Shown here: piece after piece, positions 27,306-38,400 of the stretch
Position numbering within the stretch: position 1 is the stretch's first letter
Layout: every line of letters begins with the position of its first letter
From: Ascidiella aspersa
Taxonomy: Eukaryota
Direction of reading: 5' to 3'
NCBI GenBank assembly: GCA_963924565.1
Contig: OZ004608.1
Location: 25,854,001-25,918,000, forward strand
DNA length: 64,000 bases
Translations under genes and position numbers: made by a program
The notes under the pieces: model-generated
What the model was told of the DNA's origin: nothing
Database searches by the model: none
Seen by the model: only the letters and a program-made list of their open reading frames with translations

Positions 27306-27727
27306 TAATTGTTTAATAAACTTGTTCTTTTACAATTTTCATAATTTCAACAATTTTTCAAATAACATAGGTAAAACTATACGACTAAGGTAGACTATAC
27401 TTAAATTGTTACGATATGTCTTTATTGGTCTTTAGTTATTTACCTTGCTTTGTTATATATTTAATCACCCATAATATACTTAATAATCCATAATCATCAT
27501 CAACACTAAAATACAGGACATTATGCACCTTTAAAAAAATATTTTTGCCAATTTAGGCCTAATCCGCATAACCTTTTGCTTCGTGCTAGTCTTGTTATAG
27601 TAGCATTGTTTTGGTTCCCTTTAATTTTTAAATTTGTTTTATCGTGTTTTTTATTTTAAATGTTGGATGAATTAAGAAGATAAAATGTTTGGTTAGTTAA
27701 ACTAGCTTTTATTTTCTTTCTTTAGGC

Positions 27728-28017
27728 CAGTAGTTCTTAAACTGGGGGGCGTATGAGGTTCACAAGGGGCGCGAGAAATTGACAAACTCTGTACGAATTA
27801 TGACTAAACATTAAAGCGAAATGATATTTCCCTCCTACTACTACTCAAATTAAACATTTGGTAAACCAAAAAACAGTTACATCCTTCGCATTTATGCAAC
27901 TTACCTGGAAATAAATTGCTGTTTTGCTTTATGTATTTGATTTTATAACAAGGTGGGGCGCGAGTTTTGTTAAAACTGTAAAAGGGGTGCGTGTCTCAAA
28001 AAGTTTAAGAACCACTG
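27728..28017. mobile_element. hAT MITE (second copy 60114-60403)
   Basis: cagtagttcttaaact...agtttaagaaccactg TIR; TSD ctttaggc/gtttaggc in the second copy. Confidence 0.7.
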
Positions 28018-29473
28018 GTTTTGGCCTTTCCGACATCAATAGAATTTATTTGAAGTCGATTTAAGTTACCTGTTTTATGGCGTGATTTTCAAACTTTATA
28101 TTTTAAAGTTGTTATTCCGCGTCCCACTCAAATATTTGAAATTCATCCCCGGGTTTGTTGTAACATGGGGTCGTTTAAAGAATCTGTCGAGTTTGTCTTA
28201 ACCATAACCAAACCGAAACCATGTTTTGTAAGATTGTAAGGAGTCGAACCGTAACTTAATCTAATATGTTGAAAAAACCCAAACCTTAACCCAGCCTAAA
28301 ATTGTCAGAAAAACGGGTTACTCAAGCATGGCGTCACAAATTGTATTTTACAGGGTAAAGCTATGCCATGTTCGAAACTTTTTTAAATAAATGAATATTC
28401 ATTAAAACTAAACAAATCGTTCATTTTTTATCAGAAATAATTAAATTAGCTGATTATTCTATAATACGTCACGAAACTTAGATTAAATACGAGTTATGAT
28501 TCATTAATTATTCTCTTACGTTTGTTGACTCTTATTTTTAGGTTTAACGCAACTTACATGGTACCCGAACCGAAACTTTATAAATCGGTTTGAAAATAAA
28601 TTTAGTCTGACCAAGATGAATCGGATTCCAAAAGAATCTTGAACCCGAACCGAACCTGAATTGAAAAGGAAAACGGGTTGACTCTCTTTTTTTGTGTGTT
28701 TTTACCTTTTGCTTTGTCATGTTTATTGTTAAACTTCTATTGTTACAGTAGCTGAATTAGCAAGCTAAATTTGCCATACGCTTATTCTGGTGGTACTTCG
28801 TATTTTCGTGTAGTTGACACCTTAAACGGAGTACTGTATATTAAGATGATAAAGCTTAAAACTTTTGCGCAGCTTAGCACCCTAAAATGCTTTGTATAGC
28901 AGTATAACAAAACCTTTCCAAGTGATTCGAAAAGGGCAAAATGCCTGTCCGTTTATATTAGAGATCAATGTGTATGAGTTACCAACAAAAGTTCCAGCGA
29001 TTACTCCACATATTCTTTAAAAAATTATTGAAAACATTAAACAGAGTATTCCAGTTAAATTCATCAGAAAGATTTTGCTATGAAAAATGATCTACCCATG
29101 GGTGATTTTTGTAGCCTATCTGAAGTAAGTATAGTTATACAAATGCCGAATATAACATTACATTTTCAGGGCCGCCTCTATAGAAGCGTAATTCTGCACG
29201 AAATAAAAATCCCAGAAACACGCTAATTTATACTTTTTCTGTTAGTGTAAAGTTAAATAATTTATTGTTAAAAATGCAGTAATGTTTTACTTTAACAAAA
29301 CATGACAAAACAAGGCCGCTGATATTTGCTTGCCTATTTTAACCAGCAACTAATTCCGAAACAATAATCAAATGCGCCGCGGGGCTATTTGTTCAGTAAG
29401 GTTAAGTGTACTTAAGGACCATAGTCGCATAATCAAAATTTTTGTCTAGTAGCGCGTTGGTGAGGAACTCGTA

Positions 29474-32400
29474 ATGCATCTTCAAGTAATTTCTCTTGTG
29501 TTTGTGTTGTTGTTTGACGCTAGTCACTCTACAAGTCAAAGTAATTCTGGTAAGTAGTTAAATAGCTAATACAAAACAATTGTGTTGACGTTGGTTTGAT
29601 ATTTAAAGGTAAGTGTCTGCCACGAAGCAAAAGTAAAGCTGACGCTGTGGGAAGACCTTGTCGCAAGTTGTGCTACGGACAAGGAGACAAAAGGTGTAAA
29701 GGGTCAAAGATTTGCATTTGTGATCATGAATGTGGGCTTTCGTGCATTAATGAAGGTAATGCTTGTTTTGTAAAGATAAATAGCGAATACATCAAGCTTT
29801 CGGATGTTGCCATAGAGTTCTTAATTTTGAGTATGCGTCTACAGTAAATAGGTTACATAGCCTATAATTCTCAGCAAAGTACAACTTTTCTTTAGACGAG
29901 GGTCAAATTACCTTTATATTCTTACATAGAAAATTTTTGTTCGTTGCCCCCGGCAATTCCGCATATGAGTCAAATTCGAATTCACCGCGAAACAAATCAA
30001 GGTCTGTTATCTATTATCAAAAATCCCCCGTATCGCTACAACGATTTAGCAGTCTACGAATGTCTACCGGGTTTCCATCTTCACAACCCCGTGAAGCATA
30101 TGTGTCATGGAAAGAGAAACTGGACTAACCTTCGACAATCCCGATGCGTCCGTGAGTATAAATATCGTAGTTTTGAACCGTGTAGTTAGGTTTGAAACAA
30201 AACACGAAATACAAGACCAATTCCTGCTATACAGAGTTGTTATAGTGGTAGTACATGTACTTGACATTACAGGTTCTTGCAAGTCTCGTAACATTTGGAA
30301 AGTAATTTCACTCGGCATAGCTTGTGGTGTGGAGTGTTTGGTAGATCAAGACTGCTCACAAAGCGAGCAATGCTTGTGCGATGGGCACTGTGGGAGATCC
30401 TGCACTAATCCAAGTAAATATATTTTTAGAACCTATACAATAGGTTAAAACAATTCGAAATTGAGAAATAAAATATGTTTTTGGTGCCATTTAATTGTTA
30501 CTAATCATTATGACTGTACTAAACTGAAAAAAAATCTTGAAAAAGTAATAATATTTCGACTGATCATTTTCACTATCTTTCCTGTTTTTGTTTACTTTTA
30601 TTTTTGTAGACGTGGATTGCGGATCGGCGGGCATCGTTGCAAATGCCACCATCCGATACACAGGTTCGGGATTGAAAAAAATGGCCCACTACTTCTGTGA
30701 CAGAGGATTCTACTTGTACTATGGTTCGCCCTCGCGAAAGTGCACCGGGTCAGGTATCTACGACGGAAATCTGCCGGTTTGTCGAGGTTAGTGTAATTCG
30801 CTAATACGGATGCAAGGGCAAAAGAGCGGCTTTCGTGCACATGTAGTTTCGCTAGATCTATGACTTTCAAGTCAAAAATCGTTTACAAAATGCATAAAAT
30901 TTGTTAAAATTACTCAAACTGTAATGAGCGTTGCTAAGTTGTCATTCATTTAAAAAGATTATTAAAATTTAGTTTTGAATTGCATCGAACAACATTTTAA
31001 CTGTATTATGTCTTCAATAGAGCAACGTGAGTTATACGCGTGTCGGCAGATATTGAAATTATTCTATTTGCTATTTTGATAATATACTGCTTGTTATTTT
31101 TTTGCAATTATTTTCTTGATACTACAGTGCTGTTTAAATTACTGTATTCCTTGTAATACGTCAAAATAACTCATATTTTAAGTCAAACAATATTCGCCGT
31201 TGACTAATGTGTATAGAATTCTTGATCATTTCGTCCCAATGTGCTTTTAGGATAAACAATATTCGCCGTAGGCCACTTAGTTATGACTAATGTGTAGAAT
31301 TCCTTTGTCTTGTTTATCATTTCGTTCCAATGCGCTATGTGTGATCTCTGTTATTAACTTCCACGGTATAATACGTCAAAATTACTCACATTTTAGGAGA
31401 AACAATATTCGCCGTAGGCTACTTAGTTATGACTAATGTGTAGAATTCCTTTGTCTTGTTTATCATTTCGTCCCAATGCGCTATATATGCTCTCTGTTAT
31501 TTACTTCCGCAACACATAAAGGTTGTATTGAAACATTAACCGGCAAAGTAATAATAATCAAAAACAGGTTATTTGGTAAGTGTTACCACAGGAGCCGGTA
31601 GAGTAATTACAAGAGGTGCTGCTTTTCATTATTATTCAGCAAAGTTGATTCCATAACTTTGGTCTCATGACCAGCTTAAAAGCTTGCCCTTTTAATGAGG
31701 TTATTATCAAAACAATTTGTTTTCCGTTTATTGTACAAGCGTTCAGTGTCATTCACCTTGACGAAGGCGGCTTGAATAGCTTGCCGAAACGTTGGTCGAA
31801 AATTCAAATTACCAGAGGAGCTGTTTTTTCATTTGTATTACTATGCCTGGTAGCAACAGTTTATATGTTGGGAGCCACTAGTTTAAATCCCAAAAAAAAC
31901 GATAAGTGCTGCAACAAAAAATATTACAGAAACGTTTCAACTTCTTGGCCTTGGTTTAAACTTGAATTATTTGCTATACACTAAATTTGAAAACTAAATT
32001 TTTTTTCGTTCTACCTTAAAAAAGTGGATTTAAGCAGAACTCTTTAGTAAAAAAGCGTTGGTAAACATCTCGTTTAATTGCATTTTCTATAATATTCCTT
32101 GCAGAAATTGAATGCAGTGACCCTCTGCCATCTATGGTAAGCATGGGTGGAGGAATCAAAGACTATTTTCCCGGTCCTTTTTACGTCGGACAAACCTTTA
32201 CCTTCACCTGTCCTCCAACCCACAACCTGTTGGGTGATCCGAATAGAACTTGCGAAGAGGATGGAACCTGGAGCGGAAAACCCACTGTTTGCTCGTTAAA
32301 AGGTGTCGTTTAACAGCTAAACAAAAATAAAATATTAAATTACAATTCCTTAAAATAATAAAGATGTAACTTGAACAAAGCTAAATCTCAAACGTTTACC

Positions 32401-35400
32401 AAAAGCTATAGCTACTTTTATGGGCTTTGTAATTTGTTCTACGTTTGATTACAAACTTCAGAGTTTCTTCGCCAATGTGAAATCAATCAAATTAATTAAA
32501 GAGAAAATTTAGGTTTAACTAACTTTTTCTCCTATATAAATACTCTCTCTTAAATTTAAACACAATTTTTAAAAATATTGTACTTTTGTTTTTAAGTGTG
32601 TCTTTTAGCACAGGGCTTCGCAATATCGCCAAAACTTCTCTTCTAGCGTCATTTTTTGGCTTGTCTTATACTTATTTTGATACTTAGATTCTGGCAACAT
32701 GAACAACGCGGCAAATTGTCCACATCCGGGAGTCCCTATAAACGGCCGTATAAAGTCGCAGGCCAACTTCAGTGTAAAAAGCCTTGTTCAGTTTGAGTGC
32801 GATGACAGTTACTTGATGGTGGGAGATCAAACGCAGGAGTGCTTGTATTTTCTTCAGTGGAGTGGAGGCGCCGCTCCCAAGTGCATTAGTGAGTTCAGTT
32901 TGATGGACGAGAAGCTTTTTCTTTTAAAGTTACGCAAAACGTCCGATAGCGCTTGCTGTTAAATAATTTTGTTATTTCTACTTCTGGGTAGCAAAAAATT
33001 TCGACAAAAAAATTTTCGTAAATTTTTTAGTTGGTAGGCTATATTCCTTAGTTGTTTTGCAACGTGAATGGAAAATATATAGGATAATAAATTACAGTAA
33101 CTATACTAAAAGACCATATGTAAATTATATAGCGGTGATATTTAGACGGTTTATAAAAACAGGTATTAAACAAAACAAATGCTTTATGTTTATAAAAATA
33201 TATATTCAAAGTTTACATAAATCAATATTTCCGTATGAATACAGGTATTATCAGTTGTACCAAATGTGGGAAATGCAATCTTAGTGGCATTTTTTACAAA
33301 CACCAAACGATGGTGCCACACGCTTTACTCTTTTAACAACACCTATAGGTAGTGTGCAGCTAGGCTAAAATTAAAAATGCAGCAATTATGGCATTTATGT
33401 TGCCACCTGCAAAAAGTGGAACAAGCGGTATGTCGGTCAAACAAAAAACAAGGTTTTCTCACGTTGAAAGGTCCATCGCTCAACTCGGTTTAATTGTTAA
33501 TAGCCAACAACGACAGAGCTACGCCTTTGTGGCGCTGTGAGATCAACGTATTGCCGTACCGCATTTAGACTATTGCTTTAATGTTGTTTTCGTACAAATT
33601 ACACCAGCCAAGCTTCTGGATATCTTTAAAGATAAAATGCCCAACCGCGAGGAGTTCGTTACCGGTCCGCTTACTACGTAAAATACCATTTTTAAGGACA
33701 GTCCGTGATATAATGTCAGTTTTAATCCGGTCCGCAATGCAAAAAGCATAGCTGATTCCAGCGCAACCACACTGGATGATAAAATTCTAATCAGTTGCGT
33801 GCTTATCTCTTTTTTTTGAGTTGATGGACTTCTTTTTTTTGAGTTGATGGACTCTACACTCTACAGGTGTTTGAGAATTTCACAGGCGGTTTTACATAAT
33901 ATTTACATTTTAGCCACCTTTTTGTCGTTTTATACATGTTTGTTTGTTTTGTTTTTTCTGTACAGTAACTGATGTGTACGGCAAATAAAAAGTAAAAATT
34001 TACGAAATTATTTAATGCCTTATACCTGTTTATTTAAACATTCTAAATATCATCAGATCCGTAAGAAAGAATATTTCTTCTACATTTTCTTGACTGCGTG
34101 AGATTCCATAGGTTCGAAAGTCTTTCAGCGTATACCTACAGCAGATTCTATATCTCGTAATCGATTAAAATACCACAACCACAACATTTACTAGTTTTTT
34201 TTATTGTTCTTCTTGCCCCAGATCCAGATTACAGATCACAGTCACGCAACGGAATTGAAAGGATCCAATCCGACGTGGAAACATTTTTTCGAAAATCTTA
34301 CGACCAAAGTCCTGATCGTTCATCGGGAGGCTCAGGCTCAACAGAGCTGTACTTTGTTATTGACGCTTCGTCGGGAGATGAAAACGATTACCTGATGGAC
34401 AACCTTCCAATTATTGTAAAAAGCTTTCTACAAAAGGTGATATCAAACCGCGTTGAAATAGATTTAAATATATTTGTCTTTTGGAGACTTTTCAGTTCCG
34501 CAGGACTAGACATTATTATATCCTTACAGTTTGTTTATCATAAGGTGGTCCTTACGGTCAACCTGGTGCCCTCACCTGCTGGAACTCTATTGGGGAACCC
34601 TGCTCTTAAAAACTAAAAATGAAAAATACAAATGTCTATTACAATTACCAAACCAGATAAACACACTCGATATGGAAAATAGAGCAAACCTCCTGTTGAA
34701 TAACTGTATATATGTCCTTCATTACATTTACTGTATCATCGGAATATCATGCATGGTTTGTTTAACAGGTATTAAACGAGTCGATCAGTGAGCACCGTGT
34801 AGGAATTATTATGTTTGCTGCAAAAAGCGTAGTGCTGCAAGAAATCAAAGAGAAAGTCTATTCAACAACACAAATTGTCAATACGATGTCTCGAATTTCT
34901 AAAGATAAAGGTACCAAAAAATGAATATAAGAGTTTCCCTTCCGTATCTAAGCTTATACCTATAAGGATCTAGTAAAAGCCAACCAACCGATATTTATTA
35001 ACGACTCGAAGTTGTATCGTGCTTTATCAAAGGCCTAAAGCAGGGGTTCTCAAACGTGGCCCTCGGCGCCCCCCGAAGGTCACGGAGCGGTCATTGGGTG
35101 GCCACGGGCATAACACTCATGGATGTTAACCTTTTTTGTAACGCTTTCTAACACATTTTTCTGACACACTTTTAGACTCGTCAGTAGGGATGTTTAAAGT
35201 AGAGTATTCGATCCATTTATTTGTGCTGTTAGCCGAGCAACTAACGTGTAATGCAAGGTACAGAGGTTTTGAAATTTCTCTAAAGGGCGGTAAGTTGAAA
35301 ATGATATATTCAATCGTATAACGCATTACGTACGCTACAGCTGCAGGGTCAATTTTTCTCAAGGTCAATTTTAGGTTAATTTTAGGCCAATTTTCAGCGA

Positions 35401-38400
35401 GGTTAAGTACACTACAGGTCATTCGTCAAGTAATAGAAATACATTAATAAAACGAAAATCGAGAAATCATTGACGAATGTTGTGAATATAAAAATACTTT
35501 GGCGGAGTCCAAGAACAAGCTTTGTAATGACTAACTAAGTTAATTTAAGTTCAATTTACTAATTGACTGATTTATTAATTTTTTAGAAAGTAAGCGCATT
35601 TATTTGTTAGTTAATGGCTATATTTTTTACATACATGAAGAAGTCAAACAAGTGAAAACACGTTAAATAGTATGCTAGGTTTTTTTTACAAGCAGGTGGG
35701 CATGGGGGTTGAGAGCCTTTCAAAGGGAGCCACGAGGGTTGAGAGCCTTTAAAAGGGGGCCACGAAGCATAAAAGGTTGAGAACCACTGGCCTAAAGAAT
35801 ACAATAGCGCCAAAAGACACAAAACAATGTAAAATAATAAACAAACATCCCAGAAAGGTAATAGACGCCTTTCGTTGAGTGTTAGTTGTTAAAACAAAAA
35901 TAAACGCTTATTGTTGTAATTTCCTGGTCATCCTTGCCACACGTAATGCAACAAAATTTGTTTAATATTGTAACTATGGTTTCTGCAGAGAATATTCGTG
36001 ATCGATTGGGAAGAGTAAGTTTAATTCGTCAAGGAGTAGCAAAATTGTCAGAAACTATTGAAAAGTCGTTCAACCAGATCGATAGTCGGATGAAACCAAG
36101 GCTTGTTTTTTTTCTATTAAACGGTTTGTTATGATCTTTATATGGACTGTGGTTGTACATTGTTTGTTATATATTACTATCGTAGATTTTACCAGTCTTG
36201 TATATGTTTTATATTATACCAGAGCAAACCAGAGTTGACGAAACAACATTGGGCTATATGACAAAAATGCATTCTATTTTCCGTGCAAACATTCCTACGG
36301 TAAATATTACATCTTCGTCAAGTATTTTAAGAAAACTTGTAAGACAATAATTCTGTTCCTCTTAGTTTTTTGTTCACTTTACATGCGACGGATGCAAGCT
36401 CCTTTTGAGAAGGCTTAAACGTGGCTTCCTTAAACTACTTTCCTCTGTAAGCCACTTGAGTATCTCTCAACCTCCGTTTGGATTGGATGATGAAGAGTCT
36501 TCGCTAATTCCAAAACGCAAAGGTAATAAACCTTCAATGCGCACCGTGCATTTCTATCACAGTGTACAAAATACTTAAATGCAAGTCGCGAAATACGTAC
36601 AACTATTAACATTTTACAACACAATATATAATGTATTTGCTTCAATGCGCACCGTGCATTTCCATCACAGTGTACAAAATACTTAAATGCAAGTCGCGAA
36701 ATACGTACAACTATTAACATTTTACAACACAATATATAATGTATTTGACCTAGCTAATCTAATACAATTAAGCGCAGTGTATGATATTCTTCATTAGGCC
36801 TATGACATCATGTATAGATGTAACGTTACGTCTCCCCTAAATACCCCCAAAAATAAACTCGCCCCTGGTCATCATATTATGTTTGGCTGATATGAAACTA
36901 ATTGTTTTGCAGAACCTTCGCTAAACATATCTAGTTGTGGAAAGGCTGGCAACCTGCAAAAACTTAAAAAAAGTTTGTCATCAGTTGCAAAAATTTATTC
37001 GGGTTCGGAAGCTAAAAAAGGAGCTTGGCCCTGGCACGTTTTGATTTCCAAAAACAACTCTTCTCCGAATGTAAGTTTTGTTTTTGTTTAATTTGTTTAA
37101 AATCTGCAACGGCGTGATTTTACAGCAGACGCCACGGTGCAAGAATTATTGCGCAGAAGAGAAAGTTTGATATAGCTACTCTAATCATTTAAAATTGTGC
37201 ATTGAGAATATAGCTAATGCGACGAAAATATAATGTGCACAAATGTGTAACAAAATTAACTCACTTGTCTATCTCAAATCAACGAAGTGTAGTAATTAAG
37301 AAAACTGCTGTTTAATCTGTCCTGCAAATGTTTATGGTTTTTAAAATTTGTTTAAATTCTATTGGTCGCGACTGAATTTTACACAATCATTAACACCAAA
37401 TTGCACGAACAACCCATTTAATTGATTTTGAAACCAAGGTTTATTATAATTCGAGATGCAGAAGTTTTACAATATTATTACCACGTTCGCCACCTGAACT
37501 ATAAGGATTGTGGAGAACAAAGTTACCAATCTTTTCGTCATTTTCGGAGAGGTGGTATCATCACCACTTAGTGTAAGAAGCATATGGTTTAAGTCAGTCC
37601 ATGAGCAATTTGATAACATCTTCCGTTATGGACTGTTTATCACGATTTAGGATCCATACTAAAAATGTATCTTCCCATTCAAGAAGTTTATGCGTAAATT
37701 TATTCTACAAAATCCAAAAAATAAAAAAATACATTGAATGAGCTATTCTAGGATTCTGCTGCCTTGTTCTATGTAGTGGACATAAATTTCTTCTTTCGCT
37801 ATTGTTTTGCTTGTGCTAATCATGTAATTATCTTGCTGTGTGTGGTGTCATATTCTTACGTGGTGAAACATTTACACACTAAAAGTTAAATTAAAAAATG
37901 TTTTTTTTAATATGGAGATTCTAAACGGATATATCGGAGGAGGTTCGCTAGTCAATCATCAGTGGGTTATCACAGCAGCGCACATCTTTAACGACTTCGT
38001 CGGTAGAAATAAAATTCCCAGTCACTGGTTGGTAATGGGTGAGTAAGAAGAAAACATAATAAAACTAAATTCCAGGGTTGATTAGGTGTGTGATCAACTT
38101 AACGTACACTATATATATTTTGTCCAAACTATTTTCTAATAGTTTGTTGGACAAAAGAAAAGTAGCCTTGAACAATATTATTAAAAAAATCGCAAGATAA
38201 AATTAAGTTTACTAAAGTTTTTTTTCTAAAATTCATTTTACAAATGTTCGCAAAAGAAATCGATACAATCAAATATTTCGTGAAAAACAATGCAAGATCT
38301 AATTCATTTTTCTTGGATTTATTAGGTTTTATTAACTAAATTACTTTCATTTGTTTAAATTTCAAACAGCAAGCGCACAGCTCTTTATCGTTAGTTTTAC

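Larger units (their letters stand above)
1..31613 (+). repeat. Tandem segmental duplication, upstream copy (matches 35946-64000)
   Basis: Sequence and ORF track recur at offset 35,945, shifting via indels to 36,108, 36,107, 36,117, 35,917 and finally 32,387. Only scattered SNPs seen between copies. Confidence 0.97.

Noticed and set aside
28160-28686. aaccgaacc-rich element remnant
   Set aside because: Probably transposon subterminal repeats, but no matching termini or TSD could be defined.
29380-29473. NF-kB site, or a trans-splice acceptor (tttttgtctag) upstream of the ATG
   Set aside because: No consensus kB site; the acceptor could be chance or a UTR intron and needs transcript data.
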